Positions 1 to 9,418 of a stretch of DNA of 64,000 nucleotides are shown piece by piece; within the stretch, counting starts at the first letter, position 1, and each line of letters starts with the position of its first letter. The translations under genes and the position numbers were made by a program. The notes under the pieces were generated by a model. That model was not told the origin of the DNA. It was given only the letters and a program-made list of their open reading frames with translations, and made no database searches. Location of the stretch: the NCBI GenBank assembly GCA_050999655.1, contig JBPCPA010000282.1:1942-65941 (forward strand), written 5' to 3'. Origin of the DNA: Jatrophihabitans sp. GTDB taxonomy: Bacteria > Actinomycetota > Actinomycetes > Mycobacteriales > Jatrophihabitantaceae.

Positions 1-512
1 TCGGCGGCCCGGTCGATGAGGTAGCCGAGGTCCTTGCGTTCGGCGGCGGCGAACTCGCGCAGCACGTACTCGGCCGGGTCCTGCCGGCCCGGCGGGCGGC
101 CGATGCCGAAGCGGACCCGGGCGTAGTCCCGCGAGCCGAGGGCCGTCGAAGCCGACTTCAGCCCGTTGTGGCCACCCTCGCCGCCACCGCGCTTGAGCCG
201 CAGGCCGCCGAAGGGCAGGTCCAGCTCGTCGTGCACCACCACGACCCGCTCGATCCGCACCTTGTAGAACCGGCTGATCGCCACGATCGGACCACCGGAC
301 TCGTTCATGTAGCACTTGGGCTTGGCCAGCACCACCGGGTGCCCGGCCAGGCGTCCCTCGACGACGTCGGCACGTCCCTTGTGCGCCTTGAACTTCGCCC
401 CGAGCCGGTTGGCCAACTCCTCGGCCACGAGGAAACCGGCATTGTGCCTGGTGCCGGCATAGCGCGGGCCCGGATTGCCCAGGCCGACTATCAGAAATCG
501 ATCGTCAGCCAT
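1..512 (-). CDS. pth: peptidyl-tRNA hydrolase (3' end runs off the window)
   Basis: Manual translation from ATG at 512: [27 protein letters not shown]...[10 protein letters not shown]...HDELDLPFG...GGHNGLKS. All are Pth signature motifs. Not in the ORF track because it is truncated. Confidence 0.97.
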   Translation of the reverse strand, partial: MADDRFLIVGLGNPGPRYAGTRHNAGFLVAEELANRLGAKFKAHKGRADVVEGRLAGHPVVLAKPKCYMNESGGPIVAISRFYKVRIERVVVVHDELDLPFGGLRLKRGGGEGGHNGLKSASTALGSRDYARVRFGIGRPPGRQDPAEYVLREFAAAERKDLGYLIDRAA

Positions 513-554
513 CGGCAACTCCGGGCCCTTTCGCCACACCAGGCGGCGAATGCC

Positions 555-1205
555 TTACTCCTGCTCGTTGGTGCTCGACTCGGCAGCCTCGGCGGTCGGC
601 TGGTCCTGCACGATGCCGAGTTCTTCGGCCGCCTCGGCGGTGTCGGCTTCCAGTTCCTCGGCGGTCGGAGCGGAGTTGACCGCGATCAGCAACGTCTCCG
701 GGTCGGTCACCAGCGTGCTGCCGGCGGCCAGCTCCAGGTCACCGGCGGTCACGGTGGTGCCGACCTGCATGTCCTCGATCGAGATCTCGATCTCGGTCGG
801 CAGGTGGGTGGCCTCGGCCTCGACGGTCACCGTGGTGTGCTCCTGGGCCAGCAGGCCGCCCGGAGCGATCTCGCCGACCAGGGTCAACCGCACCTCGATG
901 GTGACCTTCTCGCCAAGCCGAACAGCCAGCAGGTCGACGTGCTCGTACTCGCCGCGGATCGGGTGCCGTTGGATCGCCTTGGGGATGGTCAGCTGGTCCT
1001 CGCCGTCCAGCGACAGGGTCAGTAGCACGTTGGCACCGCCCCGCTTGATGGCGTGGGTGAACTCGCGGGCAGGCAGCGAAACGTGCCGGGGATCGGCACC
1101 GTGGCCGTAGATGACGGCCGGGATCTTGCCGGCGCGGCGGGTGCGGCGAGCGCCCCCCTTGCCGAACTCGGTACGTACTTCGGCGGCCAGACGGACTTCG
1201 GACAC
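555..1205 (-). CDS. rplY: 50S ribosomal protein L25 / general stress protein Ctc
   Basis: R..FGKGGARR.RRAGKIPAVIYG and HVDL motifs, acidic tail. The likely start is GTG at 1205, after an AGGAG SD; the ORF track start at 1298 is too long. Confidence 0.96.
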   Translation of the reverse strand: MSEVRLAAEVRTEFGKGGARRTRRAGKIPAVIYGHGADPRHVSLPAREFTHAIKRGGANVLLTLSLDGEDQLTIPKAIQRHPIRGEYEHVDLLAVRLGEKVTIEVRLTLVGEIAPGGLLAQEHTTVTVEAEATHLPTEIEISIEDMQVGTTVTAGDLELAAGSTLVTDPETLLIAVNSAPTAEELEADTAEAAEELGIVQDQPTAEAAESSTNEQE

Positions 1206-1464
1206 GGGACTGCTCCTCTTATTGCCGGGTGATCGTGTGCGCACGAGCGCGGATGCGGTAGTGCCTGCGGTGCTGCCTTGGAACTTCACGGCTGCCACGG
1301 GTCCGGTCTACGCAGCGCTTGGCAAGCACCGCGTCGATAACGGGGCCCGCCACACGGGCTCCCTCGCCGAGGCAACCCTGCAATCCTACAAGCTGGCCGG
1401 TGGTGGCTGAAATCGGGTGGCTTGCCGTGCGGACGGTGCCCCGGGCCGGATTAGCATCGCTGCC

Positions 1465-2412
1465 GTGCCACCTACCCCGCCGAGCGTCGCCGATGTCCGG
1501 ACCGTCACCGTCCGGGTGCCGGCCAAGATCAACCTGGTGCTGTCGGTCGGCCCGACCCGTCCGGACGGCTTTCATGAGCTGCTGACCGTCTTTCACGCCG
1601 TCGGTCTGTACGACACGGTGACCGCGACCGCCAGCGACCGGCTCGGCCTGCAGGTCCGGGGCGACGAGGCCGCCGGGGTGCCGGCGGACCACCGCAACCT
1701 GGCCTGGCGGGCCGCGCTGCTGCTGGCCGAGCGGGCCGGTGTGGCCGCCGACGTCGGACTCACGGTGACCAAGCAGATTCCGGTGGCGGCCGGCCTGGCC
1801 GGTGGCTCGGCCGACGCTGCGGCCACCCTGCTGGCCTGCCAGCGGCTCTGGCAGTTGCGGCTGCCGGCAGGCGAGCTGGACCGGCTGGCCGCTGAGCTGG
1901 GCAGCGACGTCAGCTTCGCCCTGCACGGGCACTCAGCCGTCGGCACCGGACGCGGCGAGCAGCTGAGCGCGGTGGCCGGCGCTGCCGAGTTCCACTGGGT
2001 GCTGGCGGTCGCCGAGGGCGGGCTGTCCACGCCCGCCGTGTATGCCGAGTTGGATCGGCAGCGGGCCGCGCGACCCGACCGGCCGCGCGCCGCCAGCCTG
2101 CCGAAGGTGCTGGCCGCGCTGGACGGTGGCGTGGCGGCACGGCTGGCACCCCTGATCGGCAACGAACTGCAGGACGCCGCCCTCGCGCTGGCCCCGCAGC
2201 TACGCGACACCCTGGCGACCGGTGCGGCGGCCGGTGCGCTGGCCGGCCTGGTGAGCGGCTCCGGACCGACCTGCGCGTTCCTGGCGCGCGAGGCCGGCCA
2301 CGCCCGCGAACTCGCCGCCGCGCTGGCTGCCGGCCCGACCTGCCGCTACGCCGTGCCGGTGCTCGGCGGCGTGCCCGGTGCGGGCGTGCTCGATCCGGCA
2401 GCAGCCAGCTGA
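1465..2412 (+). CDS. ispE: 4-(cytidine 5'-diphospho)-2-C-methyl-D-erythritol kinase
   Basis: VRVPAKINL, IPVAAGLAGGSADAAA (GHMP kinase) and VSGSGPT motifs. GTG at 1465 lies 7 nt after TAGCAT, suggesting a leaderless start. Confidence 0.95.
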   Translation: MPPTPPSVADVRTVTVRVPAKINLVLSVGPTRPDGFHELLTVFHAVGLYDTVTATASDRLGLQVRGDEAAGVPADHRNLAWRAALLLAERAGVAADVGLTVTKQIPVAAGLAGGSADAAATLLACQRLWQLRLPAGELDRLAAELGSDVSFALHGHSAVGTGRGEQLSAVAGAAEFHWVLAVAEGGLSTPAVYAELDRQRAARPDRPRAASLPKVLAALDGGVAARLAPLIGNELQDAALALAPQLRDTLATGAAAGALAGLVSGSGPTCAFLAREAGHARELAAALAAGPTCRYAVPVLGGVPGAGVLDPAAAS

Positions 2413-4187
2413 TGGCGAACCTGATCAATCTGGAGAACGTCTCCAAGAGCTACGGCACCACGACCGTCCTGGACGGCGTGTCGCTGGGCATCGGCGACTC
2501 CGACCGGATCGGTGTGGTGGGCCGCAACGGCGGTGGCAAGTCGACGCTGTTGCGGATGATCACCGCGGTCGAGCCACCGGACGCCGGCCGGGCGACCCAC
2601 ACCGGTGGGCTGCGACTGGCCACCGTCGACCAGGCCGGCCTGCTGCCGGCCGGCTCGAGCGTGCGCGATGTGGTCGTGGGCGATACGGCCGAGCACGTCT
2701 GGGCCGGCGATGCCGCGGTACGCGAGGTCCTGACCGGTCTGGGGCTGGCCGCGCTGGGCCTGGACACCCAGGTTGATCGGCTGTCCGGTGGTGAGCGCCG
2801 GCGGGTGTCGCTGGCTGCTGCCCTGGTGACGGGTGCCGATCTGCTGGTGCTGGACGAGCCCACCAACCACCTGGACATCGAGGGCGTCACCTGGTTGGCC
2901 GGCTACCTCACCCGCAGCCGGGGCGCGCTGATCGCGGTGACGCACGACCGGTGGTTCTTGGACGCGGTGTGCACCCGGACCTGGGAGGTCACCGACGCCA
3001 CGGTCCGCAGCTTCGACGGCGGGTACGCCGCCTACGTGCTGGCCCGCGCCGAGCGCGACCGGCAGGCCAGCGCGAGCGAGAGCCGCCGGCAGAACCTGCT
3101 GCGCAAGGAGCTGGCCTGGTTGCGGCGCGGGCCGCCGGCCAGGACGTCCAAGCCGAAGTTCCGGATCGAGGCCGCCGAGGCGCTGATCGCCGACGTGCCG
3201 CAGCCACGCAGCAGCGTCGAGCTGCGGGCGCTGTCGAGCAAGCGGTTGGGTCGCACGGTCTATGACGTCGAGAACGTCTCGCTGAGCGTCGGCCAGGGCG
3301 AGTCGGCCCGGCAGCTGTTCGCCGGCGTCGAGTGGCACGTCGGGCCCGGTGACCGGATCGGCATCATCGGGGTGAACGGCTCGGGCAAGACCCACCTGCT
3401 GCGGCTGCTGGCCGGTGAGCTGCAGCCCGACGCCGGCCGGGTGGTCATCGGCCAGACGGTCCGGGTGGGCTACCTGTCCCAGAACGTCACCGAGCTGCCG
3501 AGCGAGTTGCGGGTGATCGAGGCGGTCACCGAGGTCCGCAGCTCGGCGGTGATCGGCGGTGTCGAGCAGTCGGCCAGCCAGCTGGCCGAGCGGTTCGGCT
3601 TTGCCAATGACCGGCAGTGGACGCCGGTGGGTGATCTATCCGGTGGGGAACGCCGCCGGTTGCAGCTGCTGCGCCTGCTGCTGACCCAGCCGAACGTGCT
3701 GCTGCTGGACGAGCCCACCAACGACCTGGACACCGACACCCTGGCCGAGCTGGAGGATCTGCTGGATTCGTGGGCCGGCACGCTGGTGGTGGTCAGTCAC
3801 GACCGGTACCTGGTCGAACGGATCTGCGATTCCACCGTGGCGTTGCTCGGCGACGGGTCGGTCGCGGCGCTGCCCGGCGGTATCGAGGAATACCTGAGCC
3901 GGCGGGCCGAAGACCTGCGCACGGCGCCGCTGCCCGCGGCCAAGGCCGAACGCAAGGCCGAGCACAACGCCGAACGCACCGATGCGCGCGCCGTTCGCAA
4001 GGAACTGACCAGGTTGGAAAGGGAGATCAGCCGGCTGGATCAGCGCGAGGCCGTGCTGCACGCGGCGCTGGCCACCCACGCCACCGACTACACCAGGATC
4101 TCCGAGCTCGACGCCGAGCTGCGCACCGTGCTGGCCGGCAAGGACGCCGCCGAGCATCGCTGGCTGGAGCTGTCCGAGCAGCTGTGA
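2412..4187 (+). CDS. ABC-F family ATP-binding protein (Uup-like)
   Basis: Two ABC cassettes (GRNGGGKST/LSGGE/LDEPTN and GVNGSGKT/LSGGE/LDEPTN), C-terminal coiled coil, no TM segments. Confidence 0.93.
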   Translation: MANLINLENVSKSYGTTTVLDGVSLGIGDSDRIGVVGRNGGGKSTLLRMITAVEPPDAGRATHTGGLRLATVDQAGLLPAGSSVRDVVVGDTAEHVWAGDAAVREVLTGLGLAALGLDTQVDRLSGGERRRVSLAAALVTGADLLVLDEPTNHLDIEGVTWLAGYLTRSRGALIAVTHDRWFLDAVCTRTWEVTDATVRSFDGGYAAYVLARAERDRQASASESRRQNLLRKELAWLRRGPPARTSKPKFRIEAAEALIADVPQPRSSVELRALSSKRLGRTVYDVENVSLSVGQGESARQLFAGVEWHVGPGDRIGIIGVNGSGKTHLLRLLAGELQPDAGRVVIGQTVRVGYLSQNVTELPSELRVIEAVTEVRSSAVIGGVEQSASQLAERFGFANDRQWTPVGDLSGGERRRLQLLRLLLTQPNVLLLDEPTNDLDTDTLAELEDLLDSWAGTLVVVSHDRYLVERICDSTVALLGDGSVAALPGGIEEYLSRRAEDLRTAPLPAAKAERKAEHNAERTDARAVRKELTRLEREISRLDQREAVLHAALATHATDYTRISELDAELRTVLAGKDAAEHRWLELSEQL

Positions 4188-4218
4188 GCCGGCCGAGCAG
4201 CTGAACCCGAAACGGTGA

Positions 4219-4686
4219 TCAGGCGATAACGGTGAACCGGCAGAAGCCGACCCGGGGCACCGCGCTGGTCGAGGCCGAGTCGTGGGTCGAGCCGCCGTTC
4301 ATGCCGACGAAGATAAGCACGTCCGGACCCATCTTGGCTCCGGCGTCGAGCTGAAAGCGGTAGCTGAGCTGGCCCACCCGGTCGGCCTGCACCAGCTGGC
4401 TCCAGCCGGGCCGGTTGAGCTCGCGGACCCGGACCTGTTCGCGCTGCCCGAAGCCGACCAGCTGCACCAGGACGCACTGTTCAGGACGCAGCACCTGCCG
4501 GCCGAGCGCGTGCTCGCTGCCGCAACTCAGCAGCCGGGACGCCAGCACCGGCGAGCTCGCGGCCACCGATCGGGACAGGCCACCGATGTTGAACAGCAGG
4601 GCCAGCGGTATCGAGATGGACAGCACGCCGGTCACCCCGACGGCGATTGCCGCCGAGCGCAGTGACCGCAACGATGAGCGTGGCAC
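4219..4686 (-). CDS. hypothetical secreted/membrane-anchored protein
   Basis: 155-aa ORF filling the gap between ABC-F and TetR, with a hydrophobic N-terminal segment. No family recognised. Confidence 0.45.
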   Translation of the reverse strand: MPRSSLRSLRSAAIAVGVTGVLSISIPLALLFNIGGLSRSVAASSPVLASRLLSCGSEHALGRQVLRPEQCVLVQLVGFGQREQVRVRELNRPGWSQLVQADRVGQLSYRFQLDAGAKMGPDVLIFVGMNGGSTHDSASTSAVPRVGFCRFTVIA

Positions 4687-4841
4687 GTCCTGGTTCCCGA
4701 CCGGTGAGTGTGGCGAGCGTGCCCTTCTGATCGGTCAACACGGTCGCTGGGTAACCCCTTCGGGTGACATTTCTCGCCGGACGGCGTCGGTATTCGCGAC
4801 ATAACTGTGGATAACTATCCACCACGAGCGTCCGGTCACGC

Positions 4842-5471
4842 TCAGGAATCCAGCGACAGCTGGGGCTTGGCCTCCAGGCCGCGCAGCCCGTTCCAGCCGA
4901 GGTTGACCAGGTGAGCGGCCACCTCCTCGCGCTTGGGTTTGCGCACCTCGAGCCACCACTGGCCGGTCAGCGCGACCATGCCGACCAGCATCTGGGCATA
5001 CATCCCGGCGAGCTTGGGGTTGAGCTTGCGGGCTCCGAACTCCCGCACCAGGATGTACTCGACCTGGCTGGCGATGTCGTTGAGCAGGGAGGAGAAGGTG
5101 CCGGTGCTGGTGGCAACCGGCGAGTCCCGCACCAGGATCCGAAAGCCGTCGGTCTGCTCCTCGATGTAGGTCAGCAGCGCCAGCGCCGCCTGCTCGACCA
5201 GGGCCCGCGGGTTGTCGCCGGTCAGGGCCGAGGTCACCGCCTCCAGCAGGGCGCCCATCTCGCGATCCACCACCACCGCGTACAGGCCCTCCTTGCCGCC
5301 GAAGTGCTCGTATACCACCGGCTTGCTGACACCGGCCCGGCTGGCGATCTCTTCGATCGAGGTTGCCTCAAATCCCTTTTCAGCAAAGAGTGAACGGCCC
5401 ACGTTCAGCAGCTGCGCCCGGCGGTCCTTGCCGGTCATCCGGACCCGGGGCCTGCTTTCGTTGTCATTCAC
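4842..5471 (-). CDS. TetR/AcrR family transcriptional regulator
   Basis: N-terminal HTH (LFAEKGFEATSIEEIASRAGVSKPVVYEHFGGKEGL). Resembles the conserved TetR found near tRNA-Gln/glmU in actinomycetes. Confidence 0.95.
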   Translation of the reverse strand: MNDNESRPRVRMTGKDRRAQLLNVGRSLFAEKGFEATSIEEIASRAGVSKPVVYEHFGGKEGLYAVVVDREMGALLEAVTSALTGDNPRALVEQAALALLTYIEEQTDGFRILVRDSPVATSTGTFSSLLNDIASQVEYILVREFGARKLNPKLAGMYAQMLVGMVALTGQWWLEVRKPKREEVAAHLVNLGWNGLRGLEAKPQLSLDS

Positions 5472-5505
5472 CTGATCATTGTCTCAGTGTTCGGGCCGGC
5501 CGGGG

Positions 5506-5943
5506 TCAGGCCAGCGGGGCGATCGGCTTCCAGGGCAGCGGGCTGGACAGCACCAGTGACGAGGTCGGCTTGCCGTAGCGGGCCAGCCGATCGATCACCT
5601 CCTGGAAACCGGCCATGTCGGCCACCGCGATCCGCAGCACCGTGCAGGCGTCGCCGGTGACCCGGTGCACCTCGAGTACCTCGGGCCAGTCGTGCACGCT
5701 CAGATCCTTGAGAATGCAGGTGGGGCCGTAGCAGTCGAGTTGGACGAAGGCCTGCACCGGCCGGCCCAGCGAACCGGGATCCACCCGGGCCGCATAACCC
5801 CGCAGCACCCCTGCATCGCTCAGCCGCCGCACCCGCTCGGCGACGGCCGGGGCGGACAGGTTGACCCGGCGCGAGATCTCGTTCTGGGACAGCCTGGCGT
5901 CGGCCTGCAGCTCGGCCAGGATCCGCCAGTCGACGTTGTCCAC
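5506..5943 (-). CDS. Lrp/AsnC family regulator (probable kynurenine-pathway regulator)
   Basis: DWRILAELQADARLS..EISRRVNLSAPAVAERVRRL...G HTH and EVHRVTG RAM domain. Divergent from kynA-kynU. Confidence 0.93.
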   Translation of the reverse strand: MDNVDWRILAELQADARLSQNEISRRVNLSAPAVAERVRRLSDAGVLRGYAARVDPGSLGRPVQAFVQLDCYGPTCILKDLSVHDWPEVLEVHRVTGDACTVLRIAVADMAGFQEVIDRLARYGKPTSSLVLSSPLPWKPIAPLA

Positions 5944-6061
5944 CCGGCCACTTTACAATCATGAATCGCCAGGACCGATCGCGATATACCCGTAAGCCAA
6001 CTGACGAGTCTGGTTGCCGTCCGCGCTTCCCGCAGCCGGCTCGGGTTGCGATCATGGTTGC

Positions 6062-6925
6062 ATGACCGATTCGCCCGCCAGCTCGACCGCGACAGCGGCC
6101 CGTCCGGACGCCGACGCACCCCAGCTGAACTACGCCGGACGCACCCCCTACGTCAGCTACACCGACAGTGACGTCCTCGCCGACCTGCTGCACCCGCAGA
6201 CCGCCGAGCCGCTCGAGGTGACCTTCATCATCGCCACCCAGGTGATGGAACTGCACTTCAACCTGCTGCAGCACGAGTGGCGGCTGGCCATCGCCGGCCT
6301 GGACGCTGATGACCTGACTGCCGCGCTGGCCGCGCTGCGCCGCTCGGTGGTGGTGCAGGATTGCCTTATCCAGTCGTGGAATCTGCTGTCGGTGATGTCA
6401 CCGGTGGAGTACAACCGGTTCCGCGGCGCGCTGGGCAAGGCCTCGGGCTTCCAGTCCTTCAGCTACCGCGAGTTGGAGTTCCTGATCGGCGCGAAGAACG
6501 CGCGGATGCTCACGCCACACGCCGGGATGCCGGCCATTCACGCCCGGTTGCAGGCCGCCTACGACGCACCGTCGCTCTATGACGCGACGCTGAGCATGCT
6601 CGCCCGCCGGGGCTTGGCCATCCCACCGGCGGTACTCAGCCGCGACGTGCGCGAGCCGTGGACCGAGTCCGATCCCGAGGTGATCGAGGCATGGCGTCAG
6701 GTCTACGCCCTCGACGCCTCCGATTCGCCGTTGCCGGCCCTGGCCGACGTGCTGAGCGCCGTCGCCGAGCGGCACACCACCTGGCGCTTCGTGCACTACA
6801 TGGCGGTCCGCCGGATCCTCGGTGCCAAGCCCGGCACCGGCGGCTCGGCAGGGCTGGCGTGGTTGAAACGCACCGTGGACCAGCCGGTTTTCATCGACCT
6901 GTGGGACGTTCGCAATGTCCTCTGA
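6062..6925 (+). CDS. kynA: tryptophan 2,3-dioxygenase
   Basis: FIIATQVMELHF, FRGALGKASGFQS..YRELEF and KPGTGGSAGLAWL motifs. ATG at 6062. Confidence 0.93.
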   Translation: MTDSPASSTATAARPDADAPQLNYAGRTPYVSYTDSDVLADLLHPQTAEPLEVTFIIATQVMELHFNLLQHEWRLAIAGLDADDLTAALAALRRSVVVQDCLIQSWNLLSVMSPVEYNRFRGALGKASGFQSFSYRELEFLIGAKNARMLTPHAGMPAIHARLQAAYDAPSLYDATLSMLARRGLAIPPAVLSRDVREPWTESDPEVIEAWRQVYALDASDSPLPALADVLSAVAERHTTWRFVHYMAVRRILGAKPGTGGSAGLAWLKRTVDQPVFIDLWDVRNVL

Positions 6926-8153
6926 GCCGAGCAGGGCGGCCGCGCTGGCCGCCGATGCCGCCGACCCGCTCGGGCCCGTCCGGGATCGGTTCCAGTTGCC
7001 GGCCGGCATCATCTACCTGGACGGCAACTCCCTGGGCGCGCCACCGGCCGCGGTGTTGCCGGCGGTGACCGACCTGGTGCAGCGCCAGTGGGGCCAGGAC
7101 CTGATCACCTCGTGGAACGTCAACGACTGGTGGGGCCTGCCGGCCCGGGTAGGCAACCAGATTGCCGCGCTGATCGGCGCCGGGGCCGGCCAGGTGATGT
7201 GCGGAGACTCCACCTCGATCCAGCTGTTCCAGGCGCTGGTGGCCGGTTGCCGGCTGCGTCCGGACCGCTCGGTGATCCTGACCGACGGGGCGAGCTTTCC
7301 CACCGACCAGTACCTGGCCGACTCGGTGGCCCGGCTGCTGGGCCTGCGGGTCCGCCCGCTGCATCCGGCGGAGCTGGCCGACCACCTGGACGAGCAGGTG
7401 GCGGTGGTGTCGTTCTCCCATGTGGACTACCGCACCGGTGAGCTCTTCGACGCCGGCGCGATCACCCGGACGGTGCAGGAGGCCGGCGCGATCATGCTCT
7501 GGGACCTGTGCCACAGCGCCGGAGCGCTGCCGGTGGCCCTGGACGACATCGGTGCCGATCTGGCCGTCGGCTGCAGCTACAAATACCTCAACGGCGGCCC
7601 CGGATCGCCGGCCTACATCTACCTGGCGCACCGGCACCAGGCAGCCGTCGAGCTGCCACTGACCGGCTGGCACGGCCACCGTGAGCCGTTCTCGCTGAAC
7701 CAGCACTACCTGCCGGCCGAATCCATCGAGCGGGCCCGGGTGGGCACCCCGCCGGTGGTCTCGATGGCAGCGCTGCACGCGGCGTTGAGCGTCTTCGACG
7801 ACCTCGATCTCGCCGTGATACGCGCGAAATCGCTCGCCCTGACCGAGCTCGCCATCGACTTCGCCGACACCCGGCTGGCCGAGTTCGGGGTCGAGGTGGT
7901 CACCCCGCGCGATGCCAGCCGGCGCGGTTCGCAGGTCTCGCTACGGATGCCGGCCGCCTACCAGGTGTGCCAGGCGCTCGCGGAGCGTGGCGTGATCGGC
8001 GACTTCCGGGCGCCGGATCTGCTACGGCTCGGGTTCACCCCGCTGTATCTGGGCTACACCGAGGTCTACGACGCGCTAAGCACGCTGGCCGAGGTGCTGG
8101 GCGACGGCAGCTACCGGCAGGACCGCTTCGCTCAGCGGGCGGCGGTGACCTGA
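6915..8153 (+). CDS. kynU: kynureninase
   Basis: IYLDGNSLG, WDLCHSAGA, VGCSYKYLNGGPG (PLP lysine) and RGSQVS motifs. Confidence 0.95.
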   Translation: MSSEPSRAAALAADAADPLGPVRDRFQLPAGIIYLDGNSLGAPPAAVLPAVTDLVQRQWGQDLITSWNVNDWWGLPARVGNQIAALIGAGAGQVMCGDSTSIQLFQALVAGCRLRPDRSVILTDGASFPTDQYLADSVARLLGLRVRPLHPAELADHLDEQVAVVSFSHVDYRTGELFDAGAITRTVQEAGAIMLWDLCHSAGALPVALDDIGADLAVGCSYKYLNGGPGSPAYIYLAHRHQAAVELPLTGWHGHREPFSLNQHYLPAESIERARVGTPPVVSMAALHAALSVFDDLDLAVIRAKSLALTELAIDFADTRLAEFGVEVVTPRDASRRGSQVSLRMPAAYQVCQALAERGVIGDFRAPDLLRLGFTPLYLGYTEVYDALSTLAEVLGDGSYRQDRFAQRAAVT

Positions 8154-9124
8154 GCTTCAGCGATCTTGCGCTCGGCCAGCTTGTCGAACCGCTCACGCCT
8201 GGGCCAGCGGACATCGGTGGCCCAGCCGAACTTCTCCAGCAGCCAGATCGTCCGGGCCGAGATGTCGAGCTGGCCGCGATCGACCCCGTGCCGGGCGCAG
8301 GTCGGGTCGGCGTGGTGGCTGTTGTGCCACGACTCACCCATGCTCAGGATCGCCAGCGGCCAGAAGTTGGCGGACTTGTCACGCGAGGCGTAGGGCCGCT
8401 CGCCGATCAGGTGACAGACCGAGTTGATCGACCAGGTCACGTGGTGCAGGACGCACAGCCGGACCAGTGAGGCCCAGAAGAACGCGGTCAGCGCCCCAAC
8501 CCAGGACCAGCTGATCAGGCCACCGAGGACGGCCGGCGCGAGCAGGGTGAACGCGACCCAGAGCGGGAACTGCCGATCGATCCTGACCAGGTCCCGGTCG
8601 GCGAGCAGATCCGGTGCGTACTTTTCCTGGTTGGTATGTTCCGGGTCGAACAGCCAGCCGAGGTGGGCGAACCAGAATCCCTTGGTGAGGCCGGCCAGCG
8701 ACTCGCCGAAACGCCAGGGCGAATGCGGGTCACCCTCCCGGTCGGAGAAGGCGTGGTGCCGGCGGTGGTCGGCTACCCAGCGGATCACCGGGCCCTCGAT
8801 CGCCAGCGAGCCCGCGATCGCCAGCGCGATCTTCAGACCTCGGTTGGCCTTGAAGGCACCGTGGGTGAAGTAACGGTGAAAGCCGACCGTGATGCCCAAT
8901 GCCGAGACCACGTAGAACGCCAGCGAGATGGCCAGGTCGGTCCAGCCGATGCCCCAGCCCCAGGCGAACGGGACAGCGGCCAGCACCGCAAGAAAGGGCA
9001 CCACCACGAAGAGGTAGAGCGCCGCCTGCTCACCGCGCGCCTTGCGGCCCGAAATCATTGGCTTTCCGGTCGGCTGGGCCGCACGCAGCGCTTGCGCCGT
9101 GTCCGGCTCGTCGATCATCGTCAC
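8132..9124 (-). CDS. acyl-CoA (delta-9) fatty acid desaturase
   Basis: His boxes GFHRYFTH, DHRRHH and WHNSHH, with TM helices. Confidence 0.94.
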   Translation of the reverse strand: MTMIDEPDTAQALRAAQPTGKPMISGRKARGEQAALYLFVVVPFLAVLAAVPFAWGWGIGWTDLAISLAFYVVSALGITVGFHRYFTHGAFKANRGLKIALAIAGSLAIEGPVIRWVADHRRHHAFSDREGDPHSPWRFGESLAGLTKGFWFAHLGWLFDPEHTNQEKYAPDLLADRDLVRIDRQFPLWVAFTLLAPAVLGGLISWSWVGALTAFFWASLVRLCVLHHVTWSINSVCHLIGERPYASRDKSANFWPLAILSMGESWHNSHHADPTCARHGVDRGQLDISARTIWLLEKFGWATDVRWPRRERFDKLAERKIAEAQVTAAR

Positions 9125-9190
9125 GAATGATTCCTCCAGTTCAGCGGGGTTGCCGAGGGCTTCGCGGCCGGGACGATGCCCGGTCGGCCT

Positions 9191-9225
9191 TACCTACGGA
9201 AGCGTAACCTACGCAACCGTAGGTT
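9191..9225. promoter_or_regulatory. tandem palindromic operator upstream of the desaturase
   Basis: Perfect IR AACCTACG-CAAC-CGTAGGTT (9206-9225), overlapped by an imperfect copy TACCTACG-GAAG-CGTAACCT (9191-9210). Confidence 0.6.
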
Positions 9226-9313
9226 CGAAGCTGACCGGGCCATATTCACAGTGAGTAAGCTGTCGCGGTCGGATGCCTGGACGATCGACTGTCTGGGGCT
9301 TGTCCGGTTTCAG

Positions 9314-9389
9314 TGGGAGATGGGGTAATCGGCAGCCCGCCGGCCTTTGGAGCCGTGCAGTCTCGGTTCGAGTCCGAGTCTCCCAGCCA
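9314..9389 (+). tRNA. tRNA-Gln (anticodon TTG)
   Basis: Acceptor stem TGGGAGA/TCTCCCA, D-arm GGGT/GCCC, anticodon loop CTTTGGA, T-loop GGTTCGAGTCC, encoded CCA end. Confidence 0.96.
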
Positions 9390-9418
9390 GCGCACCCGGT
9401 GCGGCCAGGTGGCCGGTG

